Numbered from the stretch's first letter, positions 31,061-40,688 are shown. The stretch: DNA of 64,000 nucleotides from Clostridium sp. (GCA_018371855.1 JAHAKD010000002.1:73850-137849), one strand, 5' to 3'. Notes: generated by a model from the letters alone, not told the origin. A program made the numbers and translations.

Positions 31061-31476
31061 AATATATGGGTTAATATGTTATTAGTGGTTGGCAACTCGA
31101 TAACCAATTTTATATTATATAACTGATAATATAAAGATAGCTTCTAGAATTTAGGAGGATAAAAAAGGTAAAATTGACTGGAAGATGTTTATACTTGAAA
31201 TATTTATTGTAACAGCTGGTGCCTATTTCGTATTAGCTTTTGTTACAGGAATATTATTTGAAGTAAAAACTTGGGAAGATATAGTGCGAACACCAGTAAT
31301 ATTTTTTGCATGTACATATATAGAATGTCTATATAAATATAGTAAAATCAAGTAATAATTCTTAAGACGGTGTAAATTTAAGTTTGCACCGTTTTTCTTT
31401 TTGACATAAAAAGAAAAATTTTACAATTATTTTGTAAAAATATATCACAATAAAAATATTAATGGTATAATTATGG

Positions 31477-31585
31477 AAAAAGTGGATTCATCATATGGCA
31501 GGTTGCTTAACAACCGGATATACTAAGGAAAATTAACCTTGTTATATAGCAAAATCTTCAATTTTTACTATATAATAAAAATATC
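31477..31585 (-). repeat. copy C of a ~100-bp element (E), similar to copies A and B; contains a degenerate terminator hairpin on the minus strand
   Basis: aaaagtggattcatcatatggcaggttgctt...aattaaccttgttatatagcaaaatcttcaatttttactatataataaaaa aligns with 32887-32998. Confidence 0.6.
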
Positions 31586-31598
31586 AAGGAGAACTCTT

Positions 31599-32882
31599 AT
31601 GCTAAACGAAGTATTAGAAATTTCAAAGAATGAATTAATGCAAATAATCCAAAAAAGCGAAGGCTTGCAAACAAGAAAAAGAAAGTTAGAAGAAGAAATG
31701 CAAGAAACGAAAGAGGCTATATTAAGCTTAAATCGAGAAAATAGAGGGCTTTCTATATATAGAAAAAGAAATCCTATAGTAGAGTTTTTTATGAAGACTT
31801 TTTCTAAACAATATAAGCAAGAACTAAAGACTTCAGCTAACAATACTAAAAAATTAAAAGAATTAAATGAAAAAATGACAAACCTTAGGTCAGAAAAGAG
31901 AAAATTAGATTTAGATGAACAAACATTAAATCCAGAAAGAGCAAAGGGTCAACTTGAAAAAATGGAAAATACAGATGTAGCAATACATATGTTAGTTAAT
32001 GAAAAACCAGAACTAACTAAAAATCCAGAATTTATGAAGGATTTGCTTAATAGAAATATGCGATATATAGAATATGATAATTCTGATGAACCAGAATTAT
32101 ATATACAATATATAGAAAAAATGATTCAAAAATTAGAAGAAGCCAAAGAAACACCTAATGCAAACGAATTTGCAATAAATATGCCTATAAATACTGCAAA
32201 AAAAATATTAGAAGAATTAAATTCACCAAAAGAAGTAGAAAAAGGAAGATATAAGATACCTAAAAGATTTTTGTTCGAAGGGTTAAGAAAATCTAGTAAA
32301 AGGGACTTAGAATTATTAGAAAAGGGCGAAATGATAGACATTTTATCAGTTGGAAGAGATTATTTACGTGAAGATGGATGCTATAAATTAGAGTATGGCA
32401 AAAAGTTAGAAGAATTATATGAGGATAAAGATAGGTTTTTGATTATGCATTATATAAATGCGTCATGTCATTTTAGAGGAAAAGACGAAACTATTGAAAT
32501 TAAAGATAATATATATAAAGAAGGTCTACATTCTTCAATTCAGGGAATGGATTGTATTAATGCTTTAGATAGAACAGCTCATGGGAATTTTGAAGACGAT
32601 AAATCTTTTATGGAATTAATGGCACTAGAACATAAAATAATTATTATGTTGCCTAAAAGATTATTAGCTAAAAATGCAGAAGAACCAATTTGGAATTCTG
32701 ATTTTCCAGAAGCAGATATACAGCATCCGGGATATATTTTACCAGAATATGTATATGGATATATTAATCCAGATACAGAAGAAATCGAGGAAAATACAAT
32801 TCCGATATCAGATAGAAAAAAATATAAGTATCAATTCTTAAATGGCCAAACAACTTGTGTAGATGATAGAATTAAATATTAG
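31599..32882 (+). CDS. hypothetical protein (428 aa from MLNEVLEIS), flanked by direct copies of element E
   Basis: RBS AAGGAG 7 nt upstream; coiled-coil N-terminal half; no family recognised. Confidence 0.4.
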   Translation: MLNEVLEISKNELMQIIQKSEGLQTRKRKLEEEMQETKEAILSLNRENRGLSIYRKRNPIVEFFMKTFSKQYKQELKTSANNTKKLKELNEKMTNLRSEKRKLDLDEQTLNPERAKGQLEKMENTDVAIHMLVNEKPELTKNPEFMKDLLNRNMRYIEYDNSDEPELYIQYIEKMIQKLEEAKETPNANEFAINMPINTAKKILEELNSPKEVEKGRYKIPKRFLFEGLRKSSKRDLELLEKGEMIDILSVGRDYLREDGCYKLEYGKKLEELYEDKDRFLIMHYINASCHFRGKDETIEIKDNIYKEGLHSSIQGMDCINALDRTAHGNFEDDKSFMELMALEHKIIIMLPKRLLAKNAEEPIWNSDFPEADIQHPGYILPEYVYGYINPDTEEIEENTIPISDRKKYKYQFLNGQTTCVDDRIKY

Positions 32883-32886
32883 ATAT

Positions 32887-32998
32887 ATAAGAAAAGTGGC
32901 TTCGCCACATGTGCAGATTGCTTTGTAAGCGCAAGGACATAGATAACTTAACCTTGTTGTATAAGTAAAAATCTTAGATTTTTCCTATATAATAAAAA
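32887..32998 (-). repeat. copy A of element E, immediately downstream of sigK; ends on the minus strand with the terminator GTGGCGAAGCCAC + TTTTCTT
   Basis: Matches the reverse complement of 34192-34278 at about 85% over about 85 bp. Confidence 0.65.
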
Positions 32999-33014
32999 AG
33001 GACTCTTTAGTCCT
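32990..33014 (-). terminator. sigK terminator (AGGACT-cttt-AGTCCT flanked by A/T runs, bidirectional)
   Basis: Overlaps the sigK stop codon; T-run follows on the minus strand. Confidence 0.6.
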
Positions 33015-33711
33015 TTTTTAGCTTTGCTTCTAACTTTTTTATAGCTTTAGTTTCTATTCTGGAAACATATGACCTGGAAATTCCTAAATCTTTTGCAATT
33101 TCATTTTGAGTTTCTGGCTTATGACCATTAAGCCCGAATCTCCTAATAAGTATTTCTTTTTCTCTTTCTTTTAATATTTTATCAATATTGGTATAAAGTT
33201 TTTCCTTTTTTAATCCTAAATCTACTTCATCTTCTATGCTCTTAATATCAGCTTCTAAGACCTCTTGCAATGTTACAACATTATCATCTTTATCTTTACC
33301 AATTGGATCACTTAGTTTTACTTCTGCTTGAAGTTTTTTAGAAGAACGTAAGAACATTAGTATTTCATTATCTATGCATTTGGCAATGTATGTAGAAAGT
33401 TTTACACCTTTATCGTGTTTAAAACTATTTATCCCTTTTATAAGACCAATAGTACCTATAGAAATTAAATCGTCTTGCTCTATATTAGAGGTGGAATATT
33501 TTTTAGCTACATGAGCTACTAAACGCAGGTTTTTTTCTATTAAAATATTTCTGGCTTCATTATCACCAGCTTTAAATTTATCTAAATAATATATTTCTTC
33601 TGATGGTGAAAGAGGTTCTGGAAACAAACTAGAACTTTGAATATATCCAACAACAAAAACGGCGGAACTTAAAAAAGAAATAAATCCAGCCAACGAAATA
33701 GTAGAGAACAT
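33007..33711 (-). CDS. sigK: sporulation sigma factor SigK (pro-sigma-K), apparently intact and uninterrupted
   Basis: Pro-sequence ...SSSLFPEPLSPSEE, then NLRLVAHVAKKY, DLISIGTIGLIKGINSF, YIAKCIDNEILMFLR, DPIGKDKDDN, GISRSYVSRIE; start MFSTIS with a GGAGG RBS. Confidence 0.8.
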   Translation of the reverse strand: MFSTISLAGFISFLSSAVFVVGYIQSSSLFPEPLSPSEEIYYLDKFKAGDNEARNILIEKNLRLVAHVAKKYSTSNIEQDDLISIGTIGLIKGINSFKHDKGVKLSTYIAKCIDNEILMFLRSSKKLQAEVKLSDPIGKDKDDNVVTLQEVLEADIKSIEDEVDLGLKKEKLYTNIDKILKEREKEILIRRFGLNGHKPETQNEIAKDLGISRSYVSRIETKAIKKLEAKLKKD

Positions 33712-33971
33712 ACATATACCTCCATAAAAATCACTATATGAAAAGTATATGTCTAAAAACAATTTTTGTGCCTGGACCATTGAAATTTAAATATTTACAC
33801 ATAATTATAATAATTTTATCATAAAATTTAAAAAAGTACAAATTCTAGAATTATATAAACAAATTAAAATTAATAACTTTAACAAAGCATTCATAAGATA
33901 AAACAGAAAAAACACAAAAATTGCACAAAAAAGATATTGAAAACAAATTAATAATATGTTAAGATACTATT

Positions 33972-34197
33972 AAATTAAATAAACGACAAACAAAAACTTC
34001 CCTGCATAGTGCGTGTAGACTGGAATTTTAGAACCAACAAATTTTATAAGGGAGTCCGCCTTTAAATGTGGCGTGCAAGCTTACACTTTTATTTAGTAGT
34101 AAGAAGCCCACAAACATTTAACAAGACACCCACCTACGCGAGTAGGCTCTTAAAATTTCTAAACTTCTTACGGCTAAGGCGGGGTAAGTTTTTTTAT
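33972..34197 (+). ncRNA. candidate small RNA: promoter TTGAAA-17-TAAGAT (33937-33965), GC-richer body, terminator CTTAC..GTAAG + TTTTTTT
   Basis: No ORF in the region; it is compositionally distinct (about 45% GC), contains hairpins (CCTACGCGAGTAGG) and CCGCC...GGCGG long-range complementarity, and is divergent from sigK. Confidence 0.25.
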
Positions 34198-34278
34198 GTA
34201 TATAACAAGGTTAAGTTACCTATGTCCGTGCAATTGCAAAGCAATCTGTACATGTGGTGAAGCCACTTTTCTTATTAT
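34192..34278 (+). repeat. copy B of element E (inverted relative to A and C), ending with the terminator GTGGTGAAGCCAC + TTTTCTTATTATTT just before prmC
   Basis: Reverse complement aligns with 32887-32965. Confidence 0.65.
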
Positions 34279-34287
34279 TTAGAAAAA

Positions 34288-35139
34288 ATGGAAGGGTTAT
34301 TTATGACAATAAATGAAATAGTAAAAAATGGAATAATTAATTTAAAAGAAAAAAATATAGAAGAACCAATATTAAAGATAAGAATGTTGGTAGCTTCAGT
34401 TTTAAATAAACCGAAAGAATATGTGATAGCTCATAGTGAAGATGAATTAGACGAAATTCATGAAAAAAAGATATTAGATGGGATTGAACAGCTAAGAAAT
34501 TATATTCCAATACAATATATAACTAATAATCAAGAATTTATGAAATTAAACTTTTTTGTCAATCAAAATGTACTAATTCCAAGAAGCGATACAGAAATTT
34601 TAGTAGAGGAAGTTATAAATATATATAAAAATGAACATGTAAAAATATTAGATATGTGTACAGGGAGTGGCTGTATTGCAATTTCTTTAAAAAAATATAT
34701 ACAAAACTCAGAAGTTTATGGTATAGATATAAGTATGGAAGCATTAAAAGTTGCACAAATAAATGCAAAGAATAATAATGTTGATGTAAAATTCAAATGT
34801 TCAGATATGTTTGCAGATATAAAAAATAAAGATTTTGATGTAATTGTATCAAATCCACCATACATAAAAACACAAGTTATTAACACACTAGATAAAGAGG
34901 TAAAAAATGAGCCAATTATTGCGTTAGATGGTGGAGATGATGGCTTATATTTTTATAAAAAAATTATCAATGAAGCATTTAATTTTTTATCTGATAATGG
35001 TATGATCTTTTTAGAAATTGGATATGACCAAAAAGAAGAATTGGAAAAATTAATAAAAGCAGATAAAAGATATGAACTTGTAAAAACTAAAAAAGATTTA
35101 GGAGATAATGATAGAATAGTAGTTGTAAAGAAGGTGTAA
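34288..35139 (+). CDS. prmC: release factor glutamine methyltransferase
   Basis: SAM-binding LDMCTGSGCIA and catalytic VSNPPYI motifs. Confidence 0.85.
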   Translation: MEGLFMTINEIVKNGIINLKEKNIEEPILKIRMLVASVLNKPKEYVIAHSEDELDEIHEKKILDGIEQLRNYIPIQYITNNQEFMKLNFFVNQNVLIPRSDTEILVEEVINIYKNEHVKILDMCTGSGCIAISLKKYIQNSEVYGIDISMEALKVAQINAKNNNVDVKFKCSDMFADIKNKDFDVIVSNPPYIKTQVINTLDKEVKNEPIIALDGGDDGLYFYKKIINEAFNFLSDNGMIFLEIGYDQKEELEKLIKADKRYELVKTKKDLGDNDRIVVVKKV

Positions 35140-35141
35140 AA

Positions 35142-36011
35142 ATGTCTTTTTCATCTGAAATAAAAGAAGAATTGAGTAAACTGAATAATTTAAAGGATAA
35201 GCAAGCTGTTTATTATGAACTAGTTGGTTATTTAATAACTAAAAATACAAAAGTAGAAAAAAAGGTAAAGTTTTCTACAGAAAACGAATTTAATATTAAT
35301 AGATTTAATAAACTACTAAATAATATGGGGATAAAATATAAAATAGAAATGCAAGGGAATTTTTATGTAATTACATTTAGCAAACCAGAAAATTTAAGCA
35401 ATTGTTCTTTTAATTCAAATTACGTCGAATTTAATAAGTCAAAAGAAATGGAAGACAAAGATATAAAAGCTTTACTTAGAGGAGCTTTTATGGGAGCTGG
35501 ATTAGTAAGTGAGCCAAGTAATACATATCATTTGGAAATTAATTTTAGTAATTTAGAAAATTTATTAATTATAAAAGATTTTATGAAACAATATAATATA
35601 ACAGCTAAAACACTTAATAAAAATGGAAGTATTGCATTGTATATAAAAGAGGGAGAAGATATATCCAATTTTTTAGCTTGTATTGGTGCAAGTAGTGCTA
35701 TGCTTAAATTTGAAGAGATAAGAGTAATAAAAGAAGCTAGAAATAATGTAAACAGAATGGTAAATTGTGAAGTTGCTAATTTAAATAAGACAGTTAATGC
35801 AGCTACTAAACAGATAGAAGCAATCAAAAAATTAAAAGCTAGTAAAAAATTTACAAATTTATCCGATGAATTAAAGGAAATTGCAGAGCTTAGATTAAAA
35901 AATCCAGATGCTAGCTTAATAGAATTAGGGAATATGCTAAAAATACCAGTAGGAAAATCTGGAGTAAATTATAGATTGAACAAATTAATAAAAATAGCAG
36001 AGGAAATATGA
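35142..36011 (+). CDS. whiA: sporulation/cell-division regulator WhiA
   Basis: LAGLIDADG-like LRGAFMGAG and C-terminal HTH (ELRLKNPDASLIELGNML...KSGVNYRLNKL). Confidence 0.85.
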   Translation: MSFSSEIKEELSKLNNLKDKQAVYYELVGYLITKNTKVEKKVKFSTENEFNINRFNKLLNNMGIKYKIEMQGNFYVITFSKPENLSNCSFNSNYVEFNKSKEMEDKDIKALLRGAFMGAGLVSEPSNTYHLEINFSNLENLLIIKDFMKQYNITAKTLNKNGSIALYIKEGEDISNFLACIGASSAMLKFEEIRVIKEARNNVNRMVNCEVANLNKTVNAATKQIEAIKKLKASKKFTNLSDELKEIAELRLKNPDASLIELGNMLKIPVGKSGVNYRLNKLIKIAEEI

Positions 36012-36012
36012 A

Positions 36013-37131
36013 ATGGAAAATATAGGTATATATGTGCATATACCTTTTTGTATGCGCAAATGTTATTATTGTGACTTTTGCTCATATCCAGGACAATTGG
36101 AAAAACAAGAAGATTATGTACAAGCACTAAAAGAAGAAATAAAAGAAAGAAGTAAAAGAGTAAAAAATTATATAGATACAATATATATTGGTGGTGGAAC
36201 CCCATCAATTATAGATGCGACATATATAGCAGAAATTTTAAATTGCATAAGGGATAATTATAAGGTAAAAAAGAATGCAGAAATAACAATCGAGGTAAAT
36301 CCAGGTACTGTAACAGAAAACAAGTTATTACTATATAAGGAAACAGGAATAAATAGATTAAGTATAGGATTGCAATCTACTAAAGATAAGTTGTTAGAAG
36401 AAATAGGAAGAATACATAAATATGAAGATTTTTTAAATACATATAAACTAGCCAAAGATATTGGATTTAAAAATATAAATGTAGATTTAATGATTGGACT
36501 TCCTGAGCAAACTTTGCAAGATGTCGAAGATAGCCTTATAGACATTATTACTTTAAATCCAAAACATATTTCTGTATATTCATTAATTTTAGAAGAAAAT
36601 ACAAAGCTAGAAGTTTTAGTTAATTTAGGAAAACTTGATTTACCAACTGATGAAATAGAAAGAGAAATGTATTGGAAAGTTAAAGAAGTTTTGGAAGCTA
36701 ATGGTTATGAACATTATGAAATCTCTAATTTTGCCAAAAAAGGATATAAATCTAAACATAACTATAATTGTTGGAAACAGCATAGTTACCTTGGTTTTGG
36801 TGTGGCAGCACATTCTTATTATAATAACACAAGATATTCTAACACAAATAGTTTAGAAGAATATTTGCAAAATCCGGATAATAAGAAAATAGAAGAGACA
36901 CAAACAATAGAAGATGCAAAAAAAGAATATATGTTGTTAGGCTTAAGAACATTAGAAGGTGTAAGTATCTCGGAATTTAAACAAAAATATCTGGACAACC
37001 CATTGTATCTTTTTAAAGAAGAACTTAATAAACTTACAGAAGAAGGTTTAGTGGAAATAGATTTAGATAATATAAAACTTACAAACAAGGGGTTAGATTT
37101 AGCAAATTTAGTGTGGGAAGAATTTGTATAA
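36013..37131 (+). CDS. hemW: radical SAM heme chaperone HemW (HemN-like)
   Basis: CxxxCxxC radical SAM motif (CMRKCYYCDFC) and the conserved position upstream of hrcA. Confidence 0.85.
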   Translation: MENIGIYVHIPFCMRKCYYCDFCSYPGQLEKQEDYVQALKEEIKERSKRVKNYIDTIYIGGGTPSIIDATYIAEILNCIRDNYKVKKNAEITIEVNPGTVTENKLLLYKETGINRLSIGLQSTKDKLLEEIGRIHKYEDFLNTYKLAKDIGFKNINVDLMIGLPEQTLQDVEDSLIDIITLNPKHISVYSLILEENTKLEVLVNLGKLDLPTDEIEREMYWKVKEVLEANGYEHYEISNFAKKGYKSKHNYNCWKQHSYLGFGVAAHSYYNNTRYSNTNSLEEYLQNPDNKKIEETQTIEDAKKEYMLLGLRTLEGVSISEFKQKYLDNPLYLFKEELNKLTEEGLVEIDLDNIKLTNKGLDLANLVWEEFV

Positions 37132-37270
37132 GGAATTTATATAGGTAACTTTACATAATTGAAAAAAGACGAAAAAAGTGGTAAAATATACTAAAATTAG
37201 TTTGTTTAGCTAGAACAATTAATCTGGCAGATAAATTAATTAGTCAAATGGCAATAGGAGGATAAACAGA

Positions 37271-38215
37271 ATGAAAAGATTTGAATTTTTTTATCAATCA
37301 GCAGACAACAAGACAAAGATTCATGCGGTAAAATGGATGCCCGAAAGAGAGCCTGTTGGAATTATTCAGATTGCACATGGTGTAACTGAATATATTTTAC
37401 GATATGAAGAGTTCGCAAGATATCTAACAGACAGTGGTTTCATTGTGGTTGGAAATGACCATTTAGGTCATGGAAAATCCATTGCCGATGGAGCAAAAAC
37501 AATGTACTTTGGGCCAAAAGGCTCATGGAAGTGGGTAGTTGAGGATATTAAGATGCTTAAAAACATTACGGTGGAAAGGTATCCTGACTTACCTTATGTT
37601 ATGCTCGGTTTCTCATTAGGTTCATTTGTAGTAAGAACCTATTTAATCGATAATCCGGGTGATTTAGATGCTGCTATACTAATGGGAACCGGCCAGATGC
37701 CTTCGTTAGCAATCAAGATTGCAAAACTTGTAGCAAATATGGAGGCAAAAAAGGCAGGAGAAGAAAACTCAACTCCGACAATCCATAATTTGACTTTCGG
37801 GACATACAACAAAATATTTGCTCCGAACAGAACGGAGTATGACTGGTTATGTAGCGATGAAGAGGCTTTGGATAAGTACATTGCGGATCCGCAAAAGGGT
37901 GGCGATTTTTCTGCTGGTCTTTTCAGGGAACTGCTTGATGGTATGCTTTATGTATCACATGAAAAACATGTGTGGTACATGGATAAAAACATGCCTATCC
38001 TACTTATCTCAGGTGAAAAAGATCCTGTAGGGGATTGTGGAAAAGGTGTGTTGGCAACAGAGAAAGTAATGAGAAAAGCAGGAGTCAAGGATATCACCGT
38101 AAAGATGTATCCTGGCTTAAGACACGATATTTTGCATGAAAAAAGCAAATACCAGGTATATGCTGATATATATACTTGGTTAACGGAGAAACTATTTAAC
38201 AAAAAAGCCATTTGA
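37271..38215 (+). CDS. alpha/beta hydrolase (lysophospholipase/monoacylglycerol-lipase-like), GC-rich insertion between hemW and hrcA
   Basis: HG oxyanion IAHGVTEY, GFSLGS nucleophile elbow, C-terminal D/H; about 40% GC. Confidence 0.7.
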   Translation: MKRFEFFYQSADNKTKIHAVKWMPEREPVGIIQIAHGVTEYILRYEEFARYLTDSGFIVVGNDHLGHGKSIADGAKTMYFGPKGSWKWVVEDIKMLKNITVERYPDLPYVMLGFSLGSFVVRTYLIDNPGDLDAAILMGTGQMPSLAIKIAKLVANMEAKKAGEENSTPTIHNLTFGTYNKIFAPNRTEYDWLCSDEEALDKYIADPQKGGDFSAGLFRELLDGMLYVSHEKHVWYMDKNMPILLISGEKDPVGDCGKGVLATEKVMRKAGVKDITVKMYPGLRHDILHEKSKYQVYADIYTWLTEKLFNKKAI

Positions 38216-38223
38216 CAATGCAA

Positions 38224-38247
38224 GGGGGCAATGCCCCCGTTTTTTTA
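38224..38247 (+). terminator. GC-rich rho-independent terminator (GGGGGC-aat-GCCCCC + TTTTTTT)
   Basis: Seen directly; composition atypical for this genome. Confidence 0.7.
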
Positions 38248-38386
38248 TGCAAAAATATATTTTTAACTATAATTTAACAAAAGAAGAGTTTAGTACATTG
38301 TACTAGGCTCTTTTTGCGTATAAATTAACAAAATAACAAAAACTTAATTCACAAAAAATTCACAAAGAAATTTTAGCAAAAGGTAT

Positions 38387-38452
38387 TGACATTTGCTAAA
38401 AATGAATATAATATATGTAAAGAATTTAGCAATCACACATAAAGAGTGCTAA
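38387..38452 (+). promoter_or_regulatory. hrcA promoter (TTGACA-17-TAATAT) and CIRCE operator (TTAGCAATC-n9-GAGTGCTAA, 38426-38452)
   Basis: One mismatch to the CIRCE consensus TTAGCACTC-N9-GAGTGCTAA; directly upstream of hrcA. Confidence 0.8.
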
Positions 38453-38456
38453 AGAG

Positions 38457-39506
38457 GTGAAAATATTGAAAAAGAAGGATTTAGACGAAAGAAAAAAGAA
38501 AGTATTACAAGCAATAGTAGAAGAATATATTAATACAGCAGAACCTGTAAGCTCAGGAAGTATAACAAAAGGTCATGGACTAGACTATAGTAGTGCGACA
38601 ATTAGAAATGACATGGCACAATTAGAGAATATAGGATTTTTGGACAAACCACATACTTCAGCAGGAAGAGTACCATCGGCAGAAGGTTATAGGTATTATG
38701 TTAATGAATTATTAAAAGAAGATAATTTAACATTAGAAGAAATTAAATATATTCAAAACAAATTAAAAATTAAAGTTAACGAAATAGAAGATTTAACTAA
38801 AGTTGCAACAACTACTTTATCAGAAATAACACATTATACAACTGTTGCAGTTGGTCCAAAAGCGGATAAACAAATTATAGAGGAAATAAAATTTGTATCT
38901 TTAGGACAAAGAATGCTAATGGTTGTAATAGTAACAGATACGGGGTTGGTAAAAGAAACAATTATAAAATTTGATGAAGATATAACAGAAAGCCAAGTAG
39001 ATACTTTAAATAATTTATTTAATACAAGATTAAGAGGAAAACCATTATCAAAAATAGATAAGCCAATGGCAGAATATATTTTTTCTGAAGTTCATTATAG
39101 TATAGGAATTATGAATGCAATAATAAATCAAATAAATAAAATTATAGAAGAAGAGAATAATAATATATTCCTAGAAGGAGCTAAAAGATCATTTGATTTA
39201 CCTGAATTTAAAAGCATGAAAGTTGCTAAAAACTTTATCAATTTGCTAGATGCAAAAGATGAGATGTTAGAAATTTTTAATTCTGGTGAAGCAGAAGATA
39301 TTAATGTATTTATTGGTAATGATGATGAAAATAGTAATCTTAAAGATTTTAGCATAATAACATTTAAACATACTTTAGGAGATAAAGATTTGGGAACAAT
39401 AGGAATCATAGGACCAAAAAGAATGGATTATGCGAAAGTTATATCTGTAATGAAATATATAAGTAAAAAATTAAATGAAGATAATAATAAGAAAGAGGGT
39501 ATGTAA
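38457..39506 (+). CDS. hrcA: heat-inducible transcription repressor HrcA
   Basis: 349 aa; N-terminal winged HTH LQAIVEEY; operon context. The start could alternatively be the TTG at 38466. Confidence 0.9.
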   Translation: MKILKKKDLDERKKKVLQAIVEEYINTAEPVSSGSITKGHGLDYSSATIRNDMAQLENIGFLDKPHTSAGRVPSAEGYRYYVNELLKEDNLTLEEIKYIQNKLKIKVNEIEDLTKVATTTLSEITHYTTVAVGPKADKQIIEEIKFVSLGQRMLMVVIVTDTGLVKETIIKFDEDITESQVDTLNNLFNTRLRGKPLSKIDKPMAEYIFSEVHYSIGIMNAIINQINKIIEEENNNIFLEGAKRSFDLPEFKSMKVAKNFINLLDAKDEMLEIFNSGEAEDINVFIGNDDENSNLKDFSIITFKHTLGDKDLGTIGIIGPKRMDYAKVISVMKYISKKLNEDNNKKEGM

Positions 39507-39507
39507 A

Positions 39508-40011
39508 TTGGCAGAGAAAAAAGAAAATACAAAGGAACCAGAAGTAATAAAATCAGACGAAATGGTAAAAAAAGAAGAGCTAGTTAAAAAAGAACAAGAA
39601 TATGATGAATTAATGGACAGATATAAAAGAGTACTAGCAGAATTTGAAAATTATAAAAAGAGAAGTGCAAAAGAAAGAGACCAATTATATAACTCTATTA
39701 TGGGAGATATAATGACAGGAATTTTACCAGTATTAGATAATCTTGAAAAAGCAGTACAAGTAGAAACAAAGGATACTGGATATAAACAAGGTGTTGAACT
39801 TGTATATAAACAATTACAAGATTTACTAAAAGCAAATGGAGTAGAAGAAATAGAAGCAGTAGGAAAAACTTTTGATCCAGAATTACACGAAGCAGTAAGC
39901 TCTGTAGTAGATGAAAACTTAGGAGAAAAAGAAATAAAAGAAGATTACAGAAAAGGATACAAAATTGGAGATAGAGTTATAAGACATTCTATGGTTGTAG
40001 TAGCAAACTAA
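39508..40011 (+). CDS. grpE: nucleotide exchange factor GrpE
   Basis: FENYKKR and the C-terminal beta domain; TTG start with RBS AGAGGG preferred over the upstream ATG at 39475, which overlaps hrcA. Confidence 0.85.
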   Translation: MAEKKENTKEPEVIKSDEMVKKEELVKKEQEYDELMDRYKRVLAEFENYKKRSAKERDQLYNSIMGDIMTGILPVLDNLEKAVQVETKDTGYKQGVELVYKQLQDLLKANGVEEIEAVGKTFDPELHEAVSSVVDENLGEKEIKEDYRKGYKIGDRVIRHSMVVVAN

Positions 40012-40097
40012 GTTAGTTGTACGAACGAAGAGAGTTACAGATAAATTATGCAACCGAACAAAGTGAGGTTGTTAACCTATAAAAAAGGAAAATAAAT

Positions 40098-40688
40098 ATG
40101 AATAAAGAAATAGAAAGAAAATTTGCTGTAAAGTATTTACCAGAAAATTTAAATATAGAAAGCATTGTACATATAAAACAAGCTTTTATATATAGGGATA
40201 AATTAACACTTATAAGAATAAGAGAAATAAAGGAAAGTTATCCCGCAGATAAGCAAGTATATATTTATACACTAAAAACTAAAGGTGATATTGAATATAA
40301 TAATAATTATGATGTTGCTAAAAAATATGAATTAGAAAATGAAATTAGTAAAGAACTATTTGAAAAATTAATGAATAATAAAATTAGTAACATAATAGAA
40401 AAGACAAGAATCAAAATACCAATAGAAAATAATCTAAAAGTTGAAATAGATATATATTATGATTATTTAGAAGGATTGCTTACAGCAGAAGTAGAATTTC
40501 CAAACGAAGAATTAGCTACTAAATTCCAAAAGCCAGCTTGGCTTGGTGAGGAATTAGGATATAAAAAATTATCAAATAGAAAATTAGCAGAAATGACAAA
40601 AGATGAATGGCAAAAAGAAGTTACAAAAGAAATGATAGAGAATAATAGTATTATAATTAAACAATTAAAGGATAATTATAATATATAG
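40098..40688 (+). CDS. CYTH-domain (triphosphate tunnel metalloenzyme) protein
   Basis: N-terminal EIERKF matches the CYTH ExExK signature; 196 aa. Confidence 0.55.
   Translation: MNKEIERKFAVKYLPENLNIESIVHIKQAFIYRDKLTLIRIREIKESYPADKQVYIYTLKTKGDIEYNNNYDVAKKYELENEISKELFEKLMNNKISNIIEKTRIKIPIENNLKVEIDIYYDYLEGLLTAEVEFPNEELATKFQKPAWLGEELGYKKLSNRKLAEMTKDEWQKEVTKEMIENNSIIIKQLKDNYNI

Noticed and set aside
39475-39507. Upstream ATG (MKIIIRKRVCKL...) as the grpE start
   Set aside because: It overlaps the hrcA 3' end and has no RBS. The TTG at 39508 has an AGAGGG RBS and gives the canonical GrpE N-terminus.
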